From Candidatus Latescibacterota bacterium (GTDB lineage Bacteria > Latescibacterota > UBA2968 > UBA8231): a stretch of DNA of 64,000 nt. The position numbers and the translations under genes are program-made. The stretch covers positions 1,664,001 to 1,728,000 of the forward strand of contig CBDAOB010000004.1 of NCBI GenBank assembly GCA_965197905.1. The letters are read 5' to 3'. Shown in pieces: positions 37,157 through 48,832 of the stretch; the first letter of the stretch is position 1; every line of letters begins with the position of its first letter. The notes under the pieces are model-generated. The model was not told where the DNA came from and did no database searches. It was given only the letters and a program-made list of their open reading frames with translations.

Positions 37157-39642
37157 CCCGGTGGCGGCTCGACCTCCTCCTGGCCATTCGTCCCGGCTTC
37201 GTCGTCGTCGGCATCGTCGTTCTGAACCACCCGCGTTATGTCGATTACGCGATCGCCCTCGTCCAGATTTATGACGCGAACTCCCTGGGTGTTGCGCCCG
37301 ATCGCCGAGATGCCGGTGACCGGCAGGCGAATAACAATGCCGTTGGCGCTGACGATCATCACCTCGTCTTCCTCCTGCACTTCCAGACAGGCCACCACTC
37401 CCCCGTTGCGATCGGTAGTCTTGATGTCGATGACTCCCTTGCCGCCGCGGTGGATCGCTGGGTATTCGGCGGTCTCGGTGCGTTTGCCGTAGCCGTTTTC
37501 GCAGACGGTGAGTAACGCCGCCTCCTTTTCGACCACGACCATATCGACAACCTCGTCACGGGCTCCCAGAGAGATTCCCTTGACCCCCGTTGAGGCGCGG
37601 CCCACGGGCCTGACCTCACTTTCGTTAAAACGGACACACATGCCAGTCTGGGTCGCCAGTAGAATGTGCTGCGAGCCATCGGTGACGGCCGCCCCGATTA
37701 GCGCGTCATTTTCCTGGATGCGCAGCGCGCGGATTCCGTCTCGGCGAATGTTCTTGTAGGCGGACAGGACCGTTTTCTTGACGATGCCGCCCCGCGTTGC
37801 CGTAAACAGGAAGCGATCGTCAGCAAACTCTTGAACCGGTACGACGGCGGCGATCTTTTCATCGGATTCGAGCATCAAGAGGTTCACGACGCTGCGTCCT
37901 CTGGAGGTGCGCTCGCCCTCGGGAATGCGGTAGACCTTCAACCAGTGGCATCGCCCGTTGGTGGTGAGGAACATGAGATAGGCATGGGTCGAGGCGACGA
38001 ACAGGTGCTCGACGAAATCTTCTTCCTTAGGTTTCATGCCGGTGACACCCCGGCCGCCCCGGTTTTGGGTGCGGTAGGCTTTAGGCGACATCCGCTTTAT
38101 GTACCCCGAACGCGAGATGGTCACCACCATCTCCTCTTCCTGGATCAAGTCTTCTAGGTCGAACTCTTCAGCGGAGTAGACGATCTCCGTGCGCCGGTTG
38201 TCGCCGAAGCGTTCCTTGATCTCTAGAATCTCATCCTTGATGATGTGCATCTGCTCATCGCGGCTTGACAACACCGCGCGCAGACGTTCGATGAACTTGA
38301 GCAGGCCGCTGTATTCGGTGTCGATCTTGTCCTGTTCGAGGTTTGTCAGGCGTTGCAACGGCATGCTCAGAATCGCCTGGCTTTGAATCTCGCTCAGTTC
38401 AAATCGCTCCATCAGGGCCTGTTTGGCTTCTTCTGGGTTGCGCGAGGCGCGAATCAACCGAATGACCTCGTCGATTTCCCGCAAGGCGATGCGCAAGCCG
38501 GCGAGGACGTGTGCTCGCGCTTCGGCTTTCTCCAGCTCGAAACGGGTGCGCCGCAGCACCACCTGATGGCGATGGTCCACGTAGTGGTGGAGCATCTCCT
38601 TGAGGTTCAACACTTTCGGCTTGGCGTTGACGATCGCCAGCATGGTTACGCCGAAGGTGGTCTGCAGCATGCTGTGTGAGAACAACTGGTTCAGCACCAC
38701 ATCGGCGTGGGCGTCGCGCTTGAGCTCGAAGACGATGCGCAGACCGGCGCGCCCCGACTCATCGCGAATGTTGGAGATCCCTTCAACCGTCTTGTCACGC
38801 ACCAGGTCGGCGACCTTCTCCAGCAAGTTAGATTTATCGACCAGAAACGGGATCTCGGTAACGATCAGGTTTTCGCGCCCGTTTTTGAGAGTTTCCACAT
38901 CGGTGCGAGCGCGAAGATAAATCATGCCGCGTCCGCACAGATAGGCCTGTTGGACACCGGTTATGCCGTGGATAACGCCGCCGGTGGGGAAATCGGGTGC
39001 CTTGATATGTTCCATCAAACCACCGATGGTGATGTCGGGATCGTCAATCAGAGCGGTCAGTGCATCCGCTACCTCGGAGACGTTGTGGGGCGGGATCTTG
39101 GTCGCCATGCCAACGGCGATACCCACTGAGCCGTTGCACAGCAGGTTGGGAAACTTGGCGGGCAACACCACCGGTTCGTTTCGAGTCTCGTCATAGTTAC
39201 CCTGAAAATCTACCGTGTCCTTGTCCAGGTCCTCCAGCAGCTGCATCGCCGGCCAGCTCAAACGCGACTCGGTGTAGCGCATGGCGGCCGGTGGGTATCC
39301 ATCGATGGAGCCGAAATTCCCCTGGCCGTCCACCAGGGGGTAACGCAGGCGAAAATTCTGCGCCATGTGCACGAGGGTAGGGTACACAATCGCTTCGCCG
39401 TGCGGGTGGTAATTGCCGGAGGTGTCGCCGGCGATCTTGGCACACTTGCGAAATCCACGGTTGGGGGCTAGGCTCAAATCGTTCATGGCCACGAGAATCC
39501 GTCGCTGGGACGGCTTGAGCCCGTCCCGCACATCCGGAAGCGCGCGCGCCATGATCACGCTCATCGAATAGTCGAGGAACGACGTCTTTAGCTCGTCTTC
39601 GATCTTGACCGGTAGGATCCGGGGTTCCGGCTGTTCCAGCAT
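37153..39642 (-). CDS. gyrA: DNA gyrase subunit A
   Basis: RALPDVRDGLKP, YHPHG, AAMRYTE, GyrA box QNRGGRG. Confidence 0.98.
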   Translation of the reverse strand: MLEQPEPRILPVKIEDELKTSFLDYSMSVIMARALPDVRDGLKPSQRRILVAMNDLSLAPNRGFRKCAKIAGDTSGNYHPHGEAIVYPTLVHMAQNFRLRYPLVDGQGNFGSIDGYPPAAMRYTESRLSWPAMQLLEDLDKDTVDFQGNYDETRNEPVVLPAKFPNLLCNGSVGIAVGMATKIPPHNVSEVADALTALIDDPDITIGGLMEHIKAPDFPTGGVIHGITGVQQAYLCGRGMIYLRARTDVETLKNGRENLIVTEIPFLVDKSNLLEKVADLVRDKTVEGISNIRDESGRAGLRIVFELKRDAHADVVLNQLFSHSMLQTTFGVTMLAIVNAKPKVLNLKEMLHHYVDHRHQVVLRRTRFELEKAEARAHVLAGLRIALREIDEVIRLIRASRNPEEAKQALMERFELSEIQSQAILSMPLQRLTNLEQDKIDTEYSGLLKFIERLRAVLSSRDEQMHIIKDEILEIKERFGDNRRTEIVYSAEEFDLEDLIQEEEMVVTISRSGYIKRMSPKAYRTQNRGGRGVTGMKPKEEDFVEHLFVASTHAYLMFLTTNGRCHWLKVYRIPEGERTSRGRSVVNLLMLESDEKIAAVVPVQEFADDRFLFTATRGGIVKKTVLSAYKNIRRDGIRALRIQENDALIGAAVTDGSQHILLATQTGMCVRFNESEVRPVGRASTGVKGISLGARDEVVDMVVVEKEAALLTVCENGYGKRTETAEYPAIHRGGKGVIDIKTTDRNGGVVACLEVQEEDEVMIVSANGIVIRLPVTGISAIGRNTQGVRVINLDEGDRVIDITRVVQNDDADDDEAGTNGQEEVEPPPG

Positions 39643-39686
39643 CGCTTTCTATCTCTTGATTCTAATGAGGTTCTTCTGCAGTCTGA

Positions 39687-41636
<1,950 letters not shown>

Positions 41637-41654
41637 CTAGTGCTGTTCCTCCAC

Positions 41655-42050
41655 CTAACGGGCCTCGCGCGAGCCGCCGGTTCGTTCTCTGCCGGCGGAG
41701 TTGACTCCGCGTCTGTGCTCAGCGGTTACAAAGATCAGGTCTGTGACGATCTCCGACCCGGCCTCGACGTTGATCCTCCTCAAGATTTCCCTTTTCATGA
41801 AACTCAGTTGGCTGCTCCAAACTGGAGAGCTAACTGCCACCTCCATCCGCCCCCTTTTGACGTTCATCGGTTGTGCGTGCTGCGCCAGCTGCTCGCCAAC
41901 GGCCCGGTCCCAGGCCAGTTGCGCCCGGCATTCTGCCACCTTCTGCCCCAGTCCGAGCTCGGAGATCACCGCATTGAGCAACCCCGAAAGCGCGACCGGC
42001 TCGCCGTCGGAACGCTCACCCGGCGAGGCGGATTTCCGAGAAGCGGTCAC
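41655..42050 (-). CDS. dciA: DUF721/DciA family helicase loader
   Basis: W..AVG..LA.HAQP, V.VSSPVWSSQL; canonical position between recF and gyrB. Confidence 0.85.
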   Translation of the reverse strand: MTASRKSASPGERSDGEPVALSGLLNAVISELGLGQKVAECRAQLAWDRAVGEQLAQHAQPMNVKRGRMEVAVSSPVWSSQLSFMKREILRRINVEAGSEIVTDLIFVTAEHRRGVNSAGRERTGGSREAR

Positions 42051-43089
42051 GGACGGTGCGATCGAGCTGGTTAGGGGTGGTCAGCAGTATCTGGTCGAAT
42101 TCCTCCAACTGATCCAGTAGACGATCGATCCGCTGCTCGTCCAGCTCGGAAAAGAGATCGTCGAGAAGCAGTACGGGTTTCTTGCCGGTGGCCGCCTTGA
42201 GGTAGTCGAATTCCGCGATCTTCCAGGCAATCAAGGTGGTCTTCAGCTGGCCTTCCGAGGCAAAATCGTGAGTGGCGGCTCCGTTGAGCGTGAAAACCAG
42301 GTCGTCTCGATGCGGACCGCACAGGGTGTGACCCTGGCGTCGTTCGGCCTCCCGCTGTTCCTCTAGCTGAGTCTGCAGCCCGTCCAACTGGTCTGGGGCC
42401 AGCGGACCATGATAACGCAGCTCGGCAACCTCCTCCGCCGGCGAAAAACGGCTGTAGGCGTCGCCAAACGGAGCGGACAACTGGTCAATTGCACACAGGC
42501 GCCGTTCCCGAATGCGAGCTCCCAGCGAACAGAACTGCCCGTCCCATGCTTCGACCGCGCTCGAGTCCCGACGGGGACCAAAGTTAGCCGTTCGCAACGC
42601 CCGATTGCGCTGTGCCAACACCCGGTTGTACTGCTGTAGGTCACGTAGATAAGGGGTCGACGCCTGGGAGATAAGAATGTCGAGGGCTCGCCGTCGTGCG
42701 GCGGAGAAACGCAATACTAGCGATACATCTTCCGGGGCAAAATGGACGGTCATGAAAATCCCTACCAGGTCCGAGACCCGGGGCAGCGGAGATTCGTCGC
42801 AAAAACTCTTCTTTCCCGAACTCTTGGCATAGTAGATCCTCAGCTTGTGCTCGCTCTCGCCATCGCTGCAATGGGCTTCCACGTCAAAGTGTTCACCGTC
42901 GTGGGGAATGGCCATCTGGTCGCGTGATCCCCGCACCGATTTTCCGATCGACAAATACGATATCGCTTCCAGGATGTTGCTTTTGCCGAGCCCGTTGGCG
43001 CCCGAGATAAGAACGCGATCGGCATCTACTGTAAGGCGTTTGTCTGCGAAATTACGAAACGGCTTGAGGTTTATTTCGCGAATCCTCAA
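42016..43089 (-). CDS. recF: DNA replication/repair protein RecF
   Basis: FRN, GANGLGKSNILEA, GPHRDDL, SEGQ, LLLDDLFSELD. Confidence 0.97.
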   Translation of the reverse strand: MRIREINLKPFRNFADKRLTVDADRVLISGANGLGKSNILEAISYLSIGKSVRGSRDQMAIPHDGEHFDVEAHCSDGESEHKLRIYYAKSSGKKSFCDESPLPRVSDLVGIFMTVHFAPEDVSLVLRFSAARRRALDILISQASTPYLRDLQQYNRVLAQRNRALRTANFGPRRDSSAVEAWDGQFCSLGARIRERRLCAIDQLSAPFGDAYSRFSPAEEVAELRYHGPLAPDQLDGLQTQLEEQREAERRQGHTLCGPHRDDLVFTLNGAATHDFASEGQLKTTLIAWKIAEFDYLKAATGKKPVLLLDDLFSELDEQRIDRLLDQLEEFDQILLTTPNQLDRTVRDRFSEIRLAG

Positions 43090-43103
43090 CGCGCCGGCGT
43101 ATC

Positions 43104-44270
43104 CTAGCCACTCGGTCTCAGAGGCATCAAGAGACAGAAGTAGTCTTCGTCCGGTCCCTGGTCCACTGGTCGCAAGAGCGCTGCTGTAACGGGGTTGTTG
43201 AGCGCGAAACGTACCTCGTTGGAATCTATCTTGCGCAAGATCTCCAGGAGGTAGGTAGCGTTGAATCCGATCTCCATCTCTTCGTCTTGGTAAACCGCCG
43301 GCAATTGCTCCCTCGCCTCCCCTCCGAGTTCCTGGCTGGATGCGGAAAGCTCTACGTTGCTGGCGCCAAGCCGCATGCGCACCTGGCGGGTGTAGCTGCT
43401 TGAAAGGATGGATACCCGGCGAACAGTGGGTAATAACTGTTCGTTTGAGATGCGGAGTTCCTTGTTGTTGTCTTTGGGAATTACCTGACTATAATCTACG
43501 TACGGGCCCTCGATAAGGCGCGTAAGCAGCCGCGTCTCCCCCATATCGAATAGCACTTGACTTCGATCCAGGGTTACATGCTCTACCTCATGCTGCTTAC
43601 CCACAAGCTTCACAATCTGCGCCAGTGATTGAGGAGGCACGATGACTTCTGATGCCTCTTTACCCTTGACTTGGTCTTTGAGATCGAGGTTGCGGCGGTA
43701 ACAGGCCAGACGCGAGCCATCGGTCGCCACCATATCCATACCGTCTTCACCAATGCGCCAAAACACGCCGTTGAGGACCGGTCGGGTATCATCCTTCGAT
43801 ACCGCAAAGGCCGTCTTTTCGATCATCTTACTCAAACTATCGCCGTCCACGGCCGGTAGCTGCGTCCAGTCGATCGACAGTCCGTCGAGGGACGTGGGCA
43901 TTTGCGGAAACTCTTCAGGGGGGATGCCCGATAGCGTGTAGGCGCCTTCACCGCCCTCATCTGCTCCCAATCTCCCTGAAAGCTGGATCCTTTCTCCCTC
44001 GACGACAATATGTAAGGCGGTTTCAGGCCATTCCCTTGCGATTTCCGCCAGGGTCCGAGCCGGGACCGTTACGCTACCTCCCTTTTCGATAGCGGCGGAC
44101 ACGCTTGTTTTGATCGAAAGATCCAGATCAGTGGCGGCCAACGAAAGTCGATCCCCTTCCGCGCTCAACAGGAGATTGGACAGAATAGGCATGGCCGGCT
44201 TTGCCGGAACCACATCTAGTACCGTTTCGATGCCGCGCCACAACTCGTTGCGTTCGACGGTCAAATTCAT
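43104..44270 (-). CDS. dnaN: DNA polymerase III beta clamp
   Basis: PILSN, ATDL, RPVLNG, ATDGSRL, IGFN, LLMPLR. Confidence 0.97.
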   Translation of the reverse strand: MNLTVERNELWRGIETVLDVVPAKPAMPILSNLLLSAEGDRLSLAATDLDLSIKTSVSAAIEKGGSVTVPARTLAEIAREWPETALHIVVEGERIQLSGRLGADEGGEGAYTLSGIPPEEFPQMPTSLDGLSIDWTQLPAVDGDSLSKMIEKTAFAVSKDDTRPVLNGVFWRIGEDGMDMVATDGSRLACYRRNLDLKDQVKGKEASEVIVPPQSLAQIVKLVGKQHEVEHVTLDRSQVLFDMGETRLLTRLIEGPYVDYSQVIPKDNNKELRISNEQLLPTVRRVSILSSSYTRQVRMRLGASNVELSASSQELGGEAREQLPAVYQDEEMEIGFNATYLLEILRKIDSNEVRFALNNPVTAALLRPVDQGPDEDYFCLLMPLRPSG

Positions 44271-44787
44271 CGAGGACTGCGTTATCTAAACTCCAAGCAC
44301 ACTAGATGGGGATAGAAGTGATCTATTGCAGTTATATAATAGGTATATAAACTTAGCCTTGGAATAATGAGATGTCAAGCAAGCCAGAGTTGTTCGTTGA
44401 GGAGGGATGAAGCTCGAGAAGCGAGTATCTTGATTGGTCATGGATCTTGTGTATATAGTTGAACATTTATACACACGACTAGTAGTTTTAGTACACAAAC
44501 TTGTACCTATGTTCTTTATCTAATAATCATAATATGGCGTAAGGAAAAGTGGATAACCTCTGTACATTCTAATTAGAGGCAAGGTAACCTTATGATAATA
44601 ATCAATTTATTGGAAGAGGGAATGACATGCGAGAGTGGGGGGCGATTGTGGATAAAAAGAGGTTTTCGAGATCACCCTGATCGAGGGGATAGCGATTGGA
44701 AAGGCTTTCCACATCTCCACAGGTTGTCCACATCTCCACGGAGCCATCCTGTGGACAAAATGGGGATAACTTAGGCAAGAAGAGCGA
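44271..44787. other. Chromosomal replication origin oriC (dnaA-dnaN intergenic)
   Basis: AT-rich segment with DnaA boxes TTATACACA 44467, AGTGGATAA 44548, TGTGGATAA 44647, CTTTCCACA 44705, TTGTCCACA 44724, TGTGGACAA 44750, TGGGGATAA 44761. Gene orientation switches around this locus. Confidence 0.88.
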
Positions 44788-46200
44788 CTATCCCAGGGAA
44801 TACTTTTTCTCAATCGACTCGGAAAGCTGCTCTACGGTTAGGGCAAAGGAACGGTCAGCTTTGCACCTTTCTTCCACCGTTTGCACGGCGTGGATGACGG
44901 TAGTGTGGTCGCGGTTGCCGAAGTGAAGCCCGATCATCTTTAGTGGATTCCGGGTAAAGCGCTTGGCCAAGAACATGGCGATTTGTCGCGCTTGAGAGAT
45001 CTCCTGCTTGCGGGTCCTGCCGATCAACAATTCTGGGGTCAGGTCGAAGTGTCGAGCCACTTGTTGCTGAATGGACTCGATGCTAAGCTCGGTCGACTGA
45101 CTCGGGCCACGCTCCAGAGCTATTCGGCGCGCTGCTTCGACGGTCAATTCCGCATGATTTACCGAGCAGTAAGCCATCAAGTGGATCAGTGCACCCTCCA
45201 GTTCGCGAATGTTTGAGCTCACGTTGTTGGCCAGGAAAATGGCCACATCATCCGCCAGAGGTATGCTGTTGATCTCTGCTTTCTGTTGCAGAATGGCGAT
45301 GCGCGCTTCCAGATCCGGAGCATCGATACTGGTGACCAATCCCCACTGAAAGCGCGAGATGAGACGTTCTTCCAAACCCTCCAGTCGTCCCGGGGGGCTG
45401 TCGCAGGTCATGACGATCTGTTTGCCATTCTGGTGCAACGCATTGAAGGTGTGAAAGAACTCGTTGCGCGTTTGCTCGCCCTTGAGCAGGAACTGAATGT
45501 CGTCGACGAGGAGAATGTCGGCCGAGCGGTAGCGGCGCTGAAAATCCGCCGTGCTCTGGTTGCGGATGGCTTCGATGAAATCGCTCATGAATTTCTCAGA
45601 AGCCACGTAGGTAACCTGGTTTGCGGATTTGCGGTCCAGCGCGTCGTGACCGATGGCCTGCAGCAGATGGGTCTTGCCGAGACCAACGCCGCCGTAAATA
45701 ACCAACGGGTTGAACTGCGTTTTGCCGGGGGACTTAGCCACCGCCCACGCAGCCGCGTGGGCGAATCGGTTGAACTCGCCAATGACGAAGGTGTCGAAGG
45801 TGTAGCGCTCGTTCAGCGAGTTTGAGGCGCCGCCGCTGGCTATGGGCGCAGGATGTAGGTGCGGTAGCTCTAACTGCTCGGCGTCAACGTCTAATTTCTG
45901 GTCGGGGGTTGGTGAAGGGTTTGGTTCCGCCGCCGCCGAGGCAAGATCCTTTTCGGAAACAATAAAAGAAATCTTCGGCTGCAGTTGGGTTACTTCGAGC
46001 ACAACGCTGCTAATAAGGCTGAGATAGTTGCTTTCAACCCAGTCCGCAAAGTAGGTACTTGAAACTTCGATTTCGAGACAGTCGTTGTCGAAGCGGCGGG
46101 CGGTCGTCGGGCGAAACCAAGTATTAAAACTCTGCGGTCTGACGCGCTGCTCAACGCTGAGCAGACACCGAGCCCACAATTCTTCAGGATCTTGTGACAT
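44788..46200 (-). CDS. dnaA: Chromosomal replication initiator DnaA
   Basis: FNPL.IYGGVGLGKTHL, DDIQF, NIRELEGAL, RDHTTV. ATG 46200 chosen. Confidence 0.98.
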   Translation of the reverse strand: MSQDPEELWARCLLSVEQRVRPQSFNTWFRPTTARRFDNDCLEIEVSSTYFADWVESNYLSLISSVVLEVTQLQPKISFIVSEKDLASAAAEPNPSPTPDQKLDVDAEQLELPHLHPAPIASGGASNSLNERYTFDTFVIGEFNRFAHAAAWAVAKSPGKTQFNPLVIYGGVGLGKTHLLQAIGHDALDRKSANQVTYVASEKFMSDFIEAIRNQSTADFQRRYRSADILLVDDIQFLLKGEQTRNEFFHTFNALHQNGKQIVMTCDSPPGRLEGLEERLISRFQWGLVTSIDAPDLEARIAILQQKAEINSIPLADDVAIFLANNVSSNIRELEGALIHLMAYCSVNHAELTVEAARRIALERGPSQSTELSIESIQQQVARHFDLTPELLIGRTRKQEISQARQIAMFLAKRFTRNPLKMIGLHFGNRDHTTVIHAVQTVEERCKADRSFALTVEQLSESIEKKYSLG

Positions 46201-46403
46201 GCGTGTAATTCTATTCGGCGAGGAGCGCAAACCTATAGTCCGCGTGTGCGAACGTCAAGATATCTTTTGCCTATTTGTACAAATCGCATTGTTTGACACA
46301 TTATGTGGATTCTCTATATTGTTTTGTTTCAATCTGATTGGGCAATCGTTCCGACATAATTTTTTTTTGATGAGAACACGCGTCGTTCGATGAGAACAGC
46401 CTC

Positions 46404-46538
46404 GTGAAGCGAACATATCAACCAAGCAGACGCAAACGCCGCAACAAACATGGCTTCCGCAAGCGCATGAAAACGGCGTCGGGCCGAGCTATCATAAACC
46501 GTCGGCGGCGGCGCGGACGCAAACGGCTCGCCGTATAA
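46404..46538 (+). CDS. rpmH: 50S ribosomal protein L34 (not in ORF track)
   Basis: Own translation from [47 protein letters not shown]. Confidence 0.96.
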   Translation: MKRTYQPSRRKRRNKHGFRKRMKTASGRAIINRRRRRGRKRLAV

Positions 46539-46559
46539 ATCGATCGCCGCAGCGGATGT

Positions 46560-46811
46560 ATGGGCTGGGTCAAGGGCCAACATCTGTGGATGCGCTCTGG
46601 GCGCGAATCCGAGGGAGTCGTGCTGGTTGTCCGGAAGAAGCTGGGCAATGCCGTGCGGCGGAATCGATTGAAACGCAGGCTGCGAAGCATCCACCGACAA
46701 CTCAAACCCCACCCGCGCGGCAGCCTTGTTGTTCTCGCCCAAACCAACGCCACAGAAACCCCCTACGATCAGCTCGAATCGGAGTTCGCGCGGTTGCTTT
46801 CCCAACTCTAA
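46560..46811 (+). CDS. rnpA: Ribonuclease P protein component (short)
   Basis: RNR motif KKLGNAVRRNRLKRRLR; position between rpmH and yidD. Confidence 0.85.
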   Translation: MGWVKGQHLWMRSGRESEGVVLVVRKKLGNAVRRNRLKRRLRSIHRQLKPHPRGSLVVLAQTNATETPYDQLESEFARLLSQL

Positions 46812-46826
46812 TTAGTCCGGTGACGC

Positions 46827-47033
46827 ATGGTACGCTTTTTCGTTTTCCTCATTAGAGTTTATGCGCTCTGTGTGTCACCGTTCCTACCACCAGCCTGTCG
46901 CTTTCAGCCAACCTGCTCCGAATACGCCGAACAAGTGATGGAAAAGTACGGGGTTGTACGGGGCAGCTGGCTAACCTGGCGGCGGTTGCTGCGATGCCAC
47001 CCCTGGGGTGGTCACGGGTACGATCCGTCCTAG
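46827..47033 (+). CDS. yidD: Membrane protein insertion efficiency factor
   Basis: [21 protein letters not shown]. Confidence 0.95.
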   Translation: MVRFFVFLIRVYALCVSPFLPPACRFQPTCSEYAEQVMEKYGVVRGSWLTWRRLLRCHPWGGHGYDPS

Positions 47034-47083
47034 AATCACGAGAACAGGGACCTCAATGAAACCGAGCCAAACTAGGTAGATTC

Positions 47084-48769
47084 GTGGAAGACAAGAGGAC
47101 GCTTCTAGCGTTTCTGCTCATCGGGCTGATCCTTCTAGTATTGCCGTACTATTACGAAATGGTGGGGCTTGCCCCCGGAGAAGACGATGAGGAGTTGCCT
47201 CCCGTCGTCGAACAGTCCTCCGAGCCGCCCGCGAGAATCGTGCCCCAGGAGACAACTCGACCTGATCCCCGCGTGCGGGAGAAGACTCCGCAAACCGAGC
47301 CAGCGCCGCGGGACGAGCTGGTGGGTGAGCCGTTCACGCCGCAGGAGGTATCGGTGCGGACCCCCTTGGTGGATCTGCTGTTTTCATCGGCGGGCGCAAC
47401 CCTGGTTTCGGTTCAGTTACCGCAATACCAAACGCCGGCTGGCCGCCCGGTCGAGCTGATCAGCGCCGGACATCGCGGCTTGGGTTTGCGTTTGAAAACC
47501 CGCGAAGAGGTGCTAGACTTGTCGAAGGTGGAATTCAGACCCAACCGGGAACAGGTGGTGGTGGATTCGGGCGACGTGGCGACGTTGCGCATGACGGCCG
47601 ATCTCGGTAACGGCCGATCGGTGTACAACACCTACGAGTTTGCCGGTGACAACTACGCTGTTCAATTGGAGATAGAGGTGGTCGGCTTCGGCGACGACGC
47701 GGAGTTGTTTACCCAATGGGAAGGCGGAATCGCCAACACCGAGGGACAAACGGTGGAGTCGTCCCTGTTTTTTGCAGCTCCAACCGTACGCCGCATGATG
47801 ACCTATTTGAACGAAGAGCGGATCGACCACGAAGCTGATGACAATCAGCCAACCTCCACCGAAGACAAAGGGCCGGTGAAGTGGGCGGCGGTACGGAACC
47901 AGTATTTTATGGTAGCGCTTGCACCCGAAGGCGAAGGCCCTTACCGCGTCGGCCTTCACGCAGCGCCGTCGCGCAGCGCGGCGCTCAAGGACGAGGTGCG
48001 ATTCGAGATCGGTGCTCGCGTCGTGCCAGGACAGGCCGCGAGATCCCTTCTTTACTTGGGTCCGCTGTCGTACGACAGGCTGACCAGCTATGGGGCAGAA
48101 CTGGAAGCGGCCTTGGACTTAGGTTTCCCGATCATTCGCGAAATCAGCAAGGTACTGATGGTGGTTTTTGTGGCCACCTACGACTTCGTTCCCAACTACG
48201 GAGTCGTCATTATTTTGTTGGCAATCGCCATTAAAATCCTGGTCTATCCGCTGACCCACAAGTCGTACGAGTCTATGGCCAAGATGCAGCAGCTGCAGCC
48301 GAAAATGGCGGCACTGAAAGAGAAGTACAAGAACGACAACCAAAGGCTAAGCCGTGAAACAATGAAGCTGTACAAGGAAGAGGGGGTAAATCCTCTCGGC
48401 GGTTGTCTGCCGATGCTTCTTCAAATGCCCGTATTCTTTGCGTTATACAGCGTTTTCAACAGTACCATCGAACTCCGACAAGCCCCGTTTTTTTTGTGGA
48501 TCACCGACCTCAGCAAACCGGACGTTCTGCCCTTGGGGGGATTCGATCTTCACGTCCTGCCGTTGCTCATGGCGGGATCCATGTTCGTGCAACAGAAGAT
48601 GACGATGAAGGATCCCAAGCAGGCCATGTTGGTATACATGATGCCGGCCTTCATGATCTTCATCTTCTGGAGCATATCCTCCGGGTTGGTCCTGTACTGG
48701 ACGATGTTCAACGTGCTTAGTGTCGGCCAGCAACATCTGATCAACCGACTGAAAGACTCAAAAACTTAA
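47084..48769 (+). CDS. yidC: Membrane protein insertase YidC
   Basis: MAKMQQLQPK, NPLGGCLP.LLQMP, WITDLS, GLVLYW. Confidence 0.97.
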   Translation: MEDKRTLLAFLLIGLILLVLPYYYEMVGLAPGEDDEELPPVVEQSSEPPARIVPQETTRPDPRVREKTPQTEPAPRDELVGEPFTPQEVSVRTPLVDLLFSSAGATLVSVQLPQYQTPAGRPVELISAGHRGLGLRLKTREEVLDLSKVEFRPNREQVVVDSGDVATLRMTADLGNGRSVYNTYEFAGDNYAVQLEIEVVGFGDDAELFTQWEGGIANTEGQTVESSLFFAAPTVRRMMTYLNEERIDHEADDNQPTSTEDKGPVKWAAVRNQYFMVALAPEGEGPYRVGLHAAPSRSAALKDEVRFEIGARVVPGQAARSLLYLGPLSYDRLTSYGAELEAALDLGFPIIREISKVLMVVFVATYDFVPNYGVVIILLAIAIKILVYPLTHKSYESMAKMQQLQPKMAALKEKYKNDNQRLSRETMKLYKEEGVNPLGGCLPMLLQMPVFFALYSVFNSTIELRQAPFFLWITDLSKPDVLPLGGFDLHVLPLLMAGSMFVQQKMTMKDPKQAMLVYMMPAFMIFIFWSISSGLVLYWTMFNVLSVGQQHLINRLKDSKT

Positions 48770-48832
48770 TAAAAACAGTAACTTACGGTATTCTTTGTAA
48801 CCGGCAGTGTGTCCGGCTATAGGAAACCTGTC

